A DNA stretch of 63,868 nt, filler included, from Malassezia furfur (taxonomy: Eukaryota), in assembly GCA_052055015.1 (NCBI GenBank). It is 3 parts of 3 records of this genome, joined end to end, with 100 filler letters (N's around TTAATTAATTAA, not from the genome) between each part and the next. Parts side by side here need not be neighbours in the genome. Positions count along the whole stretch, not along the records: positions 1 to 23,895 come from JBQJIT010000146.1; positions 23,996 to 47,814 come from JBQJIT010000147.1; 1 more part is not named here. One strand, 5' to 3'. Shown here piece by piece: positions 21,388 through 32,098 of the stretch (positions are counted from its first letter, which is position 1; each line of letters starts with the position of its first letter). The translations under genes were made by a program, and so were the position numbers. The notes under the pieces are model-generated. The model worked only from the letters and a program-made list of their open reading frames with translations. It was not told where the DNA came from and made no database searches.

Positions 21388-22433
21388 ATGAGCGCACCGG
21401 TGGCTGCGTACCGTCGTTTGCGGCGCCAGCTGCGCCCGCACCAGTACAACCTGGTCTTTTTCCTGTGGATTGGCCTGGTGATGCTGGGCGGCACGCTGTA
21501 CTCGATGTACTACGAGACGCATCTGTTTAATACGGAGTACTCGGCGACCCGCGCGCTGGACTATGCCGCGGCCAAGGCGATGCACGCCGACGTTCCGTCG
21601 GTGTTTGCAGACCGCCGGAACTGGGTGAACTCGCTGTTTGTGAAGCGCGCCTGGTTCTGGAACACGCTCGTGGTCCTGCTGGTCGCTGTGACGCTCGACC
21701 CCGCGTCGGGCGGCGTGCGTGGTGAAAAAGCGCGCGGCGTCGTGTTCCGTGGACCGCAGACCTGGCGCGAGGTGTTGGGCCTGAAGCCGCTTGTGCGCTG
21801 GGTGGAAGCGACGATTGGATGGGGTACGTGGCGCGACTAACTCAGTGTACGTGACGACGACTGACTCGCAGACTGGTGACGCAGTGGTGCTTTGGCCCCA
21901 GCATCATCGACCGCATCATGACGCACACGGGCGGGCAGTGCATGATCAACTCGGTGGCCGTGAGCCCGTCGCTGTGCTACTCGCGCACGTCGCTGACCGG
22001 CGTGTCGAACCCTGGTCTGTTTGCGCAGCTCCCCGTGGCCGTCCAAGAAATGGGCCTGACGCATCCGCTGTACGCCGGCTGGCACGGGGGCCACGACGTC
22101 AGTGGGCACACGTTTATCCTGGTGCTCGGCATGCTCCTGCTGAACGAGACGCTGATCCCGTTCATGCCGTACGTGCTGCCCCCCTTCTCGCGCTTCCGCG
22201 AGTCGATTCCGCATGCACTGTACGCGAGCAACGACGTGTTCCGCGTCCCGTCGAAGCGCGCGCGCATCGTCAACATTGCCGTGATGGCGGTAGCGCTGCT
22301 GGTATTGACGCTGTGGAGCTCGATGCTGTTCCTCACCTCCATCTACTTCCACCACCCCGGCGAGAAACTCACCGGTTTTCTGGCTGCCGCAGCCGTGTGG
22401 GTGCTGATGCCGAAACAGTCGGTCCTGTATTGA
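21388..22433 (+). CDS. SCS3: FIT-family acyl-CoA diphosphatase Scs3/FIT2
   Basis: FADRRNWVNSLFVKRAWFW, TQWCFGP, GHDVSGHTFIL, TSIYFHHPGEK. Frame requires introns 21824-21845 and 21847-21871 flanking a 1-nt exon. Confidence 0.88.
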
Positions 22434-23505
22434 GGCTGCTGCCCTGGCGCCATTCGAGCCGGAGCATCTCGAGCGCGTCGCTCGGATCGACCCACGACCC
22501 GACGTCGTCGCCGAGCGCCGCGCGCGAATATTCTCCCTGCGCATTGAACACAAGATCCCGTAGTGCTTCCCATTCCTCGACAAACGTGGGCGTGAGGCGC
22601 GCCGGCGCCAGCGCGAGCGTGCGGGGGGGCGAGCTGTGGTCGCGTGCGCCCTCGAGCGCAGACACGACCAGGGCGGCTCGCTCCGACGCCGCGCGGTAGG
22701 TGAGGTGCGCGATGCAGCTCGCGGGCTGGTCCAGCATGAGACGCTCGAGATGCTCCTCGATAGACAGCTCGTCATCGTCGAGCGCGAGCAGCTTGCGCAG
22801 CACCCAGATGTCGCGGGAGGTATCGCCGTAGTCCTTCGGCGAGGTATACTGCAGGGTGTGCAGCGCCGGCAGCCGGCGGATCGCCTCGGCCTCGGTGACG
22901 GACAGGTTGATATCGCACACGGTGAGCGACTCGACCTTGCGGAAGATGGGCGCATCAAAGCCGCAAATAAAGCTGTGGGGGTTTACGCTCGTGAGCCGCA
23001 CAGGCTGACACGCCGTGCCGTACGAATGCACGATCGCCTTGGACACGAGCGAGCCGCTCAGCGCCACATCTTGCAGACGGCGGCACGCACGCAGCACCAG
23101 CCGCGTGTTGGCGTACACCTCCTCGCGCAGCTGGTCCAGGTACGCCGAATCGCCCGGCAGCGGCACCGACAGGATCGACAGCAGGTCGGAGCGCGCGGTG
23201 CGCGGCCCGATCCACAGGGCGCGCACGGTGCGCGCGACATCGGGGTGCGCACGCACGAGCTGCGCAAAGCTCGCGAGCGCCGACGAGGTATACAGCTCGA
23301 CGCGGGTATAGATGATCGGGTGCAGTGCCTTGCGGATGCCCGAGTTGAGTGCGAGCAGGCGCGCGGCCATGCCCTGGTCCAGGAGAAAGGTTTCGTGCAG
23401 GACGCCCATGAGCACCTCGAACGGCAGCGGCGTGCGCTGCAGCGCCGCCGGTGCCGCCTCAGGCGCCGCCTCGGGCGTCTTACGCGGCCTGCTGCGCCGT
23501 TTCAT
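22369..23505 (-). CDS. Hypothetical protein, F-box-like N-terminus with LRR-like repeats
   Basis: 378-aa ORF with coding-type codon usage. LPFEVL..V..(x)..L..L....R..LHPIIY..VEL pattern of basidiomycete F-box-like proteins. 3' end overlaps SCS3. Confidence 0.6.
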   Translation of the reverse strand: MKRRSRPRKTPEAAPEAAPAALQRTPLPFEVLMGVLHETFLLDQGMAARLLALNSGIRKALHPIIYTRVELYTSSALASFAQLVRAHPDVARTVRALWIGPRTARSDLLSILSVPLPGDSAYLDQLREEVYANTRLVLRACRRLQDVALSGSLVSKAIVHSYGTACQPVRLTSVNPHSFICGFDAPIFRKVESLTVCDINLSVTEAEAIRRLPALHTLQYTSPKDYGDTSRDIWVLRKLLALDDDELSIEEHLERLMLDQPASCIAHLTYRAASERAALVVSALEGARDHSSPPRTLALAPARLTPTFVEEWEALRDLVFNAQGEYSRAALGDDVGSWVDPSDALEMLRLEWRQGSSLNTGPTVSASAPTRLRQPENR

Positions 23506-23562
23506 GGACCGTGCGTGGAGGGAACGTCGGGGCTACGTCTATCGGGGATCGATCGGGCCGCA

Positions 23563-23895
23563 TCAGAACGGGCGGAGCGGCTTGGTGTGCGTAAAGTTGA
23601 GGCCCCAGCGCGGCGAGGTCTGCGAGTCGCTGTGCCGCGAGAAAAACTGGCGCGCCTTGGCCATCGGCGCCGACTTTCCCTTGGGGCGCGCAGGCTCGGG
23701 CGCATCCGCGGTCGGCTGCCGCGCGTCCTGCAGCACCGTCGAGGGACGGGGCAGTGGCGGCGACGTCTTGGGTGTCGTCGACGCCGGTGCCTGAGGCGTC
23801 GGCGCACGCGGAGCGGCAGTCTGCGCAGGCGCAGGCGCGGTCGTGGGTGCGGGCTTGCGCGACGTGCGTGCGTCGGCGCCCGCGGGCGGTCGCGG
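23563..23895 (-). CDS. C-terminal fragment of a Pro/Ala/Thr-rich protein truncated by the contig gap
   Basis: Open frame from the gap to TGA at 23563-23565 (..KGKSAPMAKARQFFSRHSDSQTSPRWGLNFTHTKPLRPF*). Confidence 0.5.
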   Translation of the reverse strand, partial: PRPPAGADARTSRKPAPTTAPAPAQTAAPRAPTPQAPASTTPKTSPPLPRPSTVLQDARQPTADAPEPARPKGKSAPMAKARQFFSRHSDSQTSPRWGLNFTHTKPLRPF

Positions 23896-23995
23896 NNNNN
23901 NNNNNNNNNNNNNNNNNNNNNNNNNNNNNNNNNNNNNNNTTAATTAATTAANNNNNNNNNNNNNNNNNNNNNNNNNNNNNNNNNNNNNNNNNNNN
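23896..23995. other. Artificial scaffold linker / assembly gap
   Basis: N44-TTAATTAATTAA-N44, with stop codons in all six frames. Confidence 0.98.
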
Positions 23996-24265
23996 GCTGA
24001 GTCAGCGGGCGCGGGCCATCGGCCGACACGCGTGGTGCTGCGGAGCTGGCCGCGCCGGCCGCCGCGTGGCGCCGCGAGCGAAGCGCGGCCCCATACCGCT
24101 CGATTCGTCCTTCGTCGATCGACGTTCCGCATTGCGCGTTGGTTGCGTCTGGGAGTGACAGTGGCACAGACCCTGCGCGTTCTCGCCTACCCACCCTCTC
24201 GCCCTATCTTCTGCCGCGTGCGCCCTGAGCGCGCCTGCTCCGCACGAGGCAGCTAGCTGCCGACC

Positions 24266-27200
24266 ATGGATTTGTACCTCACCACCTTCACCTTACCCAA
24301 AACACGCGCGTTGTCCGTGCGCGGCGACGCCGCGCCGACGTCCGAGACGCGTGCATCTGCGGGTACCGCTGCGCTATCGTCGTCGCCGGACGCGCGTCTC
24401 GCGGGGCGCTCGGCGGGCCTCGCCGTGTCTCCACCGACCGCGCTGGCGCCCGGCTCGATGCGCCCCAGCCCCGCAGCACGCTCGCCCGACGCGGGTACGC
24501 GCGGCTCGCGCTCGCTTGCGAGCCTTGCCGAGAGCCATGCGCCACGGCCCGATACGCTCTTCACCGACGCCGTGCCCCGCGTCACGCAAAAGACCATGAA
24601 CGCGCACCACTGCCTCGTCACCGCGACGCCCTCGACGGACACCGCAGCAGAGGCGAACGGGAGCACCGCGGCCGCATACAATGGTGCGTCACGCAGCCCG
24701 CTCTCGCCTTCCGCACCCGCGCGCGCCTCGTCGCGCTCCGCCTCAACCGGCACCGCGCCGAGCGACGCGCTGCCGACGCCGTGTTCGCCGCGGTACAGCT
24801 TCCACGTGTGTGGCACGCAGGTGCAGGCGCAGGGCGCGCGTGGCCAGCTGCTTCAGGAGCTGCCGTTTGCGTGGCGCATCGCGTTTGCGGTGCCGCTCGC
24901 CGAGGTGTGGGACGTGCGCGAAGGCGGCGTGCGTGCAGACCTTGCGCCGAAGCTCGACGAGCTGCAGCAGCGTGCCGAGACGCGCATCACGATCGCACCA
25001 CGCGACGCGCCGCCGAGCGACGCGGGCGCACTCGAGGTCGACCGCCAGGCGCTTGTGACGATCAGCGGCACGCTCGAGGCGGTAGAGTATGCACGGGTGC
25101 AGGTGCTCGTGCTTCTTGACGAGCGGCACGGGCTGCACACGGAGCAGGCCGAGATCGAGTGCAAGCTGCACCACGTGAGCAGCGGGCGCAAGCGTGCGCT
25201 GCTGCAGCTCATCGAGGAGGAGACACAGACGAGCGTGTACCTCTCGTCGCCGTTTGCCGGCGTGCTGAGCACGGCGGTGCCTGCGGCGGTGGTGCAGCGG
25301 CGCAACACGGTGTACATCACCGGCCGTTTTTACAACACGCAGCGCGCGCGCGACATGATCGTGCAGCTCACGCAGACCAAGGCCAAGTCACTCGTGTCCA
25401 AGACGGTAACGCTGATGCCGCGCAAGGTCGACTACCTGCTGCAGGAGCGGCTCGAGGCGCTGCGCCAGCTCATGCTCGACAACGGCACCTTCCTCGAGCT
25501 GCCCGTGATCGGCAGCCAGCAGGGCAACGTCGCGGTGTGCGGCACGAGCCGCGTCGATGTCGAGCGCAGCATCCGCACGCTGATGCAGCTTGTCTCGCCG
25601 TACTACACTGCGCACGTGTGGCTGCTGCCTGGCGCGTACGACGCACTGGGTTTGTCGAGCAAGCCGGACTCGCGTGCGCTCACGTCGATCGTCACGGCGA
25701 TCAGCGCGAGCACCGGTGCCGAGGCCGGCTTCCAGAACAACCACTTTGAGATTGCCGGGCTCGACCGCGAGGTGCGTGCGGCACTGCGGCAGCTGCTTGC
25801 GGTGCCGTCGCTGAAGCACTACACGTACGAGTTCCGCTTCCAGCTCGAGCTGGCCACCGACCACCGCGAGTTCATCAGCGGGAAAAAGAACGGCAAAATC
25901 AACAAGATCATGGAGCACTGCGGCGTGCGAATCCGCTTTGAGCCATTCAACGAGTACAACTTCTTGATCGACGTGCTCGGCACGGAGCTGGACGCGGCGC
26001 TGCAGGGCCTCGGCCTGCTGCAGGAGGAGCTGCCCGCCGAGATGTCCTTCCACGTCCCCGAGGCGTACCACAAGCGCATCATTGGCGTCGGCGGCAAGAA
26101 CATCCAGCGCATCATGAAGAAGTACGGCGTGTACGTCAAGTTCTCCAATGCAGAAGAGTTCGCGGCGCTCGGCGGCTACATGGACAACGACGACAACGTC
26201 ATTGCGCGCACGCCGTCCAAGAACGCCGCGAACCTCGAGAACCTGAAGAACTCGGTGATGGAGCTCGTGAGCCCCAAGGACAAGGACTTTGTCACCGAGT
26301 CGATCGCCGTCCCGCGCAAGTACCAACGCATCCTGCTCGGCGAAAAGGCCGGCACGATCCACGACATCGAGCGCAAGACGCGCTGCGTCGTGCGTTTTGC
26401 GCGCCGCGAGTCGGCGCTCGACGCGGTCCACGTGTTTGGGCCCGAGGCGCAGATCGCGCTCGCGGTGCAGATGCTGCTCCAGCACGTCCCGCTCGAGGCG
26501 GACCTCGTGCTGCCGCCCAGCCCCGAGACCAACCAGCTGCTCGACTCGCCAGAACTTGTGCGGCTGCAGGAGCGCCTCCACAAGGAACTCGGCCTCTCGC
26601 TCCACCCCTGGCCGCGTGCGCCCAGCGGCGAGGGGGCACGCGGCCTGACGCTGTGCGTGCCGCGCGCCAACCTCGAGGTGCTGCCCACGGCCAAGGGGTG
26701 GCTCGACGAGCTCTGCGCGTCGTTCCACGTGCACACCGCTGCGCCGCCGCGCGCCTCGGACGCATACGCGGCGCCCGGCGCCATGTCGCCGTTTTCGTCG
26801 TCGCTCCCGTCGTCGTCGCCTTCGCTGGCCGCCACGGTCCACTCCGATACCTTTTCCCATGATACCGCTGCGGCGCATGCCGCATCCGTGGCAGCGGTCG
26901 GCACGCGCTTCGACGACACATCACCCGTGCCGAGCGCCGCGCCCGGCGCGCCGTCCTCGGCGCCGTCCAAGGACCTCAAGGCGCTGTTTGAGCAGCCGAG
27001 TGCACCGGGCAGCCTGGCTTCCAATACCCCCCTGATGCCCTCCTTTTATACCCCGGGCTACACGGAAAACGCCAGCTTCTCGCACCCGGTCTGGGGCATG
27101 CCGCTGCCGTCGATGGCAGACATGGGCACATCCAAGCCCGGTGCACCCGGCTCGGGCAGTACACACATGCCCGGCGCCAGTCCGGGTGCCGCAGGCAACG

Positions 27201-27619
27201 CCGGCAGCAGCATGTTCTCGCCGTTTAGCTCGTCGGCGATGCCTTTCCCTTTCACGCCGAGCGACATGTCACTTGGCAAGCCGGACGCCGCGGCGCTCAA
27301 CTCGGCATTTGCCCAGCCGCTGCGCCGTCCAGACGGCATGCAAGGCGGCGTCCCGCCGGGCTTTGCGCCTGGTGCGCCGCCGCCGCTCGGCCGCCTGCCG
27401 CTCAGCATGCACAGCAGCATCAACAGCGACATCGACGGCTTCCACCCCCTCGGCGATTCTGCGTCGCATATTCCCATGATGGGCGCCCCGGGCAGCGTGC
27501 CCAGCCATCGCCACGCGAACATGGGCATGATGCGCAGCGCGACGAGCCCGGGCGCACCCCCGGATACCATGGACGAAGTATCGCGTGTCTTGGCCCAGAT
27601 CGCCTTTGACAAGGAGTAA
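24266..27619 (+). CDS. Multi-KH-domain RNA-binding protein (Mug60/YLL032C-like)
   Basis: KH GxxG loops HREFISGKKNGKINKIM and YHKRIIGVGGKNIQRIMKKYGVYVKFSN; EELPAEMSFHVPE; low-complexity tails. Confidence 0.85.
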   Translation: MDLYLTTFTLPKTRALSVRGDAAPTSETRASAGTAALSSSPDARLAGRSAGLAVSPPTALAPGSMRPSPAARSPDAGTRGSRSLASLAESHAPRPDTLFTDAVPRVTQKTMNAHHCLVTATPSTDTAAEANGSTAAAYNGASRSPLSPSAPARASSRSASTGTAPSDALPTPCSPRYSFHVCGTQVQAQGARGQLLQELPFAWRIAFAVPLAEVWDVREGGVRADLAPKLDELQQRAETRITIAPRDAPPSDAGALEVDRQALVTISGTLEAVEYARVQVLVLLDERHGLHTEQAEIECKLHHVSSGRKRALLQLIEEETQTSVYLSSPFAGVLSTAVPAAVVQRRNTVYITGRFYNTQRARDMIVQLTQTKAKSLVSKTVTLMPRKVDYLLQERLEALRQLMLDNGTFLELPVIGSQQGNVAVCGTSRVDVERSIRTLMQLVSPYYTAHVWLLPGAYDALGLSSKPDSRALTSIVTAISASTGAEAGFQNNHFEIAGLDREVRAALRQLLAVPSLKHYTYEFRFQLELATDHREFISGKKNGKINKIMEHCGVRIRFEPFNEYNFLIDVLGTELDAALQGLGLLQEELPAEMSFHVPEAYHKRIIGVGGKNIQRIMKKYGVYVKFSNAEEFAALGGYMDNDDNVIARTPSKNAANLENLKNSVMELVSPKDKDFVTESIAVPRKYQRILLGEKAGTIHDIERKTRCVVRFARRESALDAVHVFGPEAQIALAVQMLLQHVPLEADLVLPPSPETNQLLDSPELVRLQERLHKELGLSLHPWPRAPSGEGARGLTLCVPRANLEVLPTAKGWLDELCASFHVHTAAPPRASDAYAAPGAMSPFSSSLPSSSPSLAATVHSDTFSHDTAAAHAASVAAVGTRFDDTSPVPSAAPGAPSSAPSKDLKALFEQPSAPGSLASNTPLMPSFYTPGYTENASFSHPVWGMPLPSMADMGTSKPGAPGSGSTHMPGASPGAAGNAGSSMFSPFSSSAMPFPFTPSDMSLGKPDAAALNSAFAQPLRRPDGMQGGVPPGFAPGAPPPLGRLPLSMHSSINSDIDGFHPLGDSASHIPMMGAPGSVPSHRHANMGMMRSATSPGAPPDTMDEVSRVLAQIAFDKE

Positions 27620-27825
27620 CGGCCGGCACACGCGTGCTCGTTCCGAATACCAAGATGCGGCTCTTGCCGCAGCGCCCATTTCTTCATTCCCACCAACTTC
27701 TTGTGCATAGCGTCCACCCCGCGATGGGCCGTGCCGTAGTTTCCGTATACCGTTTGCGCGCCTCGCCGAATACGCACGTGATCTCCGCGGCCGGCCGCGC
27801 GCAACTTTTTGTGACGGGTGCGACG

Positions 27826-28524
27826 ATGAACGAGGAGCGCGAGGCTGCACGGCTCTGGCGCATCAACCGGACGATCCACGAACTGGTCGCGGACCGGGGG
27901 TACGAGGTGGCCGACGAAGAAATCAACATGGACCTCGACACGTTCAAGGCAGAAATGTCGACGAACGGCGTCATCGACCGCAACCGCCTCAACTTCTTCA
28001 CGTCGCACCGCGACAACCCGGACGAGCGCCTGTTTGTATTCTACTCGACCGAGCGCAATGTCGGCGTCAAGACGATGCGCCAGTTCATCAGCGTCCTGGA
28101 AGAAAAGAACATCACGCGCGGCATCATTATCTGGAGCGACAAGATGACGAGCGCGGCGAAAAAGGTCATCGAGGCCATGCGTCTTCAGCTGGTTCTGGAA
28201 GACTTTGAGGAGGCATTCCTGCTGGTCAACATCACCCACCACCAGCTTGTGCCAAAACACGAAGTGCTCACTCCCGACGAAAAGGCCGAGCTGCTCCAGC
28301 GCTAGTACGTTGTCCCTTTGGCCCTGCCACGTACTGACCACTAGCCGCCTGAAGGAGTCGCAGCTCCCGCGCATCCAGCAGTCGGATCCCGTGGCGCGCT
28401 ACTTTGGCCTCACCCGCGGGCAAGTGGTCAAAATCACTCGGCGTACGTATACATTGCATGCCCAAACTAACGTCTAGCATCCGAAACGAGCGGGCGCTAC
28501 TGCTCCTACCGGATCTGTATGTAA
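27826..28524 (+). CDS. RPB5: RNA polymerases I/II/III shared subunit Rpb5
   Basis: [62 protein letters not shown]. Introns 28305-28344 and 28443-28477. Confidence 0.95.
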
Positions 28525-28656
28525 CGAATACCTTAGTCTGCGTATCACGATCCCGTTTCCCGCGTAGCACCGTATTGCGCTGCACAGATACCAAAAAGCA
28601 ATAACGACGCATTCTGCCAGGTTGCTGCGTGGTTTGGATCTTCCCCCCCAAAAAAA

Positions 28657-28755
28657 CGACCCATGCTGGAATCGAACCAGCGACCTTAGAGTTTTGTAGT
28701 CGTACACACGACCAGTATTAACAGCTCCACGTGCTAACCACTGTACCAATGGGTC
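28657..28755 (-). tRNA. tRNA-Asn(GUU) with 26-nt intron
   Basis: Acceptor stem GACCCAT/ATGGGTC, A-box TGGTACAGTGG, anticodon GTT, B-box GGTTCGATTCC, T7 terminator. Identical to 46706-46804. Confidence 0.93.
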
Positions 28756-28915
28756 AGGCGAACTACTCGTGCGGGCGGAAGTGAGGCTATAGCGTGGTGA
28801 TCGCCTCTGGGACCGGACGGTCGTGCACCGAGATACCGTTTCCCTGTCTAGCCAGGCGCCTGACACTGGGTTTACGCGCATTTGGATGCATTGTCGTGTA
28901 TTTAGGTGAAGCTAC

Positions 28916-29944
28916 TTAGAACTTGAACACCTGCTCCGACTTGTAGCCGGCGTCCTTGAGCGCACCCTCGAGCGGGCCCTGGTCGGTCATGCTCTTCTTC
29001 GGGGACGAGATCGCCTTCATCATGGGAGGCGGGCCGCACACGAAGATCTTCACCTTGTCGTCCAGGTCCGGCGAAGGCAGGTACTTCTTCACGGCGTCGA
29101 CGTCGATGAAGCCCGACTCGCCCGACCACTTGCTCGGCGGGGTGTCCAGGAAATGCACAATCTTGAAGCGCGAGTCGCTCGCAAGCTTGTTCCACTTCTC
29201 CGAGAGCAGGATATCCTCCTCCTTCTTGTTGGCGAAAAGCACCGTGACCTTGGTCTTGTCATCGGGGTTGTTGGCCACCTCCTGCACAAGCTGCCAGATG
29301 GGCGTCACACCCGAACCACCCGCAATCAGACCAATCTCCTTGAACTGGTTCGCCTTGTACGGGAACTTGGGGTTCGGGCCCTTGAGCATCAGCGTGTCAC
29401 CGGGCTTGAGCGTCTTGAGGTACTGCGTCATTTTGCCCTCGGGGTAGTGCTTGATCAGCAGGTCAAGCTCGCCCTGGGTGTCGGGAGTCGAAATGGGCGT
29501 GTAGGGGCGGATGACAGGCTTGCCCTTGTCATCCTTGGGCTCCTCGCCCTCACCGCGCACCACCAGGCACGAGGCAACAAAGAGACCCGACTTCTTCTTG
29601 TCAGGCAGCTCGAACACGTAGATCGAGCTGTCGTGGTTGTAGGGCTTAACCTCCTTCAGCTTGAAAGGGCGGAACTCCTCCGAGGACAGGGCCGCCTCGC
29701 CGTCATCCGCGCGAATCTCACTGAGCTTTGAGCGGATGTCGCCGTTGAAGCCGCCCATGGCGTACCACAGGCCGAGACCAGCGACGCCGCCAAGCGACAG
29801 GTAAAGGCCGGTGTTGCTCGATTGCGCCGGGTTCGACGGGGTCGAGTACTTACGGGCCTGTGCGAAGGGGCGCACCGAACGCGCAATAGGCGCGCGGGCT
29901 GCGCTGCGTGCAAAGGTAGAAACCGAAGTAGTGGGACGGAACAT
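28916..29944 (-). CDS. MCR1: Mitochondrial NADH-cytochrome b5 reductase 2
   Basis: Presequence plus TM, RPYTP, G.MT, KGP, LIAGGSGVTP, FVCGPPPMM, QG.L.G.L...GY..EQVFKF. Confidence 0.93.
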   Translation of the reverse strand: MFRPTTSVSTFARSAARAPIARSVRPFAQARKYSTPSNPAQSSNTGLYLSLGGVAGLGLWYAMGGFNGDIRSKLSEIRADDGEAALSSEEFRPFKLKEVKPYNHDSSIYVFELPDKKKSGLFVASCLVVRGEGEEPKDDKGKPVIRPYTPISTPDTQGELDLLIKHYPEGKMTQYLKTLKPGDTLMLKGPNPKFPYKANQFKEIGLIAGGSGVTPIWQLVQEVANNPDDKTKVTVLFANKKEEDILLSEKWNKLASDSRFKIVHFLDTPPSKWSGESGFIDVDAVKKYLPSPDLDDKVKIFVCGPPPMMKAISSPKKSMTDQGPLEGALKDAGYKSEQVFKF

Positions 29945-30111
29945 CTTGGGGATAGAAACCGTTAGGAGAGAAGGTGGCCCGGCCGCGGGTGTGGGTTTGT
30001 ACCCGACGCATGGGCCCTCGGGTCAGCTTACGTAATCCCACAGGGACGCTGACAAACGGTTGGATAGTGTCCACGCGTGGCGAGTGCACGGTCCGGAAGA
30101 AACGCTGTAGG

Positions 30112-32055
30112 ATGAGCGGGCGTGGACGAGGCGCCTACTACAAGCAAAAGTATGGACGCGGTGGGAACCGCGGCGCAGGACGAAGCGACCACAATGCGCC
30201 GCAATCTGGCCCAGAGCTGAAGCGTTCGCGGACGGCGGTGCTGGGCGATGCGTCTGACCTCGAGGCATGGCTCCGGCGGCACGACAACCGGCCATACCCG
30301 GCATACCACGACATCGAAGGGACGTGGACATTTCCGGGCTTTACGTTTACGCTGGATCACGCGCAGGCCGACCCGTATGCATCACCCAGTAAGGCGCATG
30401 TGCGCATCCCCCATGCGACGGCAAAATTTCCGCCGGTGCTGTACGCCTCGCGCATCCACAAAATTGCCCTAGCAGATTATGTGCTGCGTGCGCTGTACGA
30501 GATGTGTGTCTCAAAGCGCTACGACCAGCGCCTGTCGGGTGGCGGCTGGTCGGGCGGCAAAGGCGGCCAGCTCGAGGTGGACCGCCCCGGGCAACAGGTA
30601 CTCGAGCGCACCGCCGTGCTAGTCGATGACGAGGGGATTGAGGTGCGCTTCCTTGTCGGTCTTCCGGCGCGTGGACGCAGCATTATGGGCGCCTTTGCGG
30701 CGGCTGTATGTACGTATCGAGTATCCTGACGCAGTGTGTGAGCACGTCCCTGCGCTGGTCGCGTCGGTGTACTATGCGCACCATGACGCGGCGCACCTGT
30801 CGGCACATGTCGAAGCGGTCGAGGACCAAGATGCGCTGCGCGCTATGCTGCCTGAGCACGGGCTCGTAGGCTTTGTTCCCGACGGTGCAGTGCTGGCGCG
30901 CGAGAGTGGCGCATCGGATCGCCCGATGTCGAGCCCACCGGCGGTGCGCTTCGAGAGCCCCGAGTCGCTGCGCGTCACGCTTAAGCTGCCGAACCGCGGC
31001 GCGATTTCCGGGATGGGGATCCGGAAGCAGGCTGTGTATGTGTGTCTGGGCGGTGGTTTCCACGGCAAGTCGACGTTCCTCGCGGCGCTCGCGCGCGGTG
31101 CATACAACCATGTCCCCGAAGACGGGCGTGCGTTTGTGAGTTTGGTCCCGTCGGCGGTGAGTGTGCGGTCTGAGGACGGGCGCCCAGTGCGTTCGGTGGA
31201 CATTTCGCCGTTCATTGCGGACCTGCCCGATGGGAGCGAGACAAGGTGCGTCGCGTGCTAACCGCCAGTGCGTTTACGACGAGCAATGCGTCTGGAAGCA
31301 CGTCTTGTGCCGCCGGGTTCATGGAGGCGCTCGAGCTCGGCACGGACGTGGTGATTCTGGACGAGGACACGACCGCGTCCAACTTTCTGGTGCGCGACGC
31401 TGCGATGCAGACGCTTGTGCCGAACGAGCCGATCACGCCACTTGCGGTGCGCGCGCGCGACGTGGTGGAGCATACGGGTGTGACGATGGTGCTGGTGTGT
31501 GGCTCGTCGAGCGCGTTTTTGTCGGCTGCGGACGTGGTGGTACAAATGGATGCATACCGCATGTACGACGTCACAGCGCGCGCCCGTGAGGTCGCGCAGG
31601 GCGTAGCGGCGAATGCGCCGCCGCGCGGTGCGTCGGTGTTTAGCGGAGCGCGTGCGGCGCGTGCCGTGGAGCTTGGGTCGCTCGCGGCGCACGGCAAGGT
31701 GGCGACGCGCGGTGCGTTCCAGGTGCAGTGGGGCGACGAGACGCTCGACCTGCATGCCGTGCCGCAGCTGGTCACGCCGAGCCAGACGCGGGCGATCGAG
31801 GCGGTGCTGCGGCACTGGGCGCACGGGCAGCTCGCGCCGGGCGGTGGGCGTGTTTCGCTGCGTGCGCTGGTGGACGCGCTCGAGGCGCACATGGACAGGT
31901 TTGGGGTGGATGTGCTACAAGATTATGGGCGCCTGGATGGGTTCCTCGCGCGTCCACGGCGCGTGGATGTGGGCGCAGCGGGTATGTACACGCAACTCAC
32001 GCCAGTGAATCGTCTTCGGCAGGCGAAGTGGGCGCAGCTCGGCGCCGACGCATAG
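30112..32055 (+). CDS. ABC-class ATPase of the COG3044/PF09818 type (MRB1590-like)
   Basis: Y.AY.DIEG, QADPYASPS, QVLERTAV, LPARGRSI, GAVLARESGASDRPM, Walker A GGGFHGKST, RSEDGR, ASGSTS, ILDEDTTASNF, AA.NRLR. Introns 30710-30734, 31246-31268, 31982-32005. Confidence 0.85.
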
Positions 32056-32098
32056 CAGTGCCGGCTGGGGCGGGCGGAACGAAGGTAGTTTTGATGCC

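Noticed and set aside
28302..28345. Apparent premature TAG in RPB5, and similar stops or frameshifts in other genes, suggesting pseudogenes or recoding
   Set aside because: All are resolved by canonical micro-introns (TA|GT...AG|C gives Tyr); no need for readthrough or an alternative genetic code.
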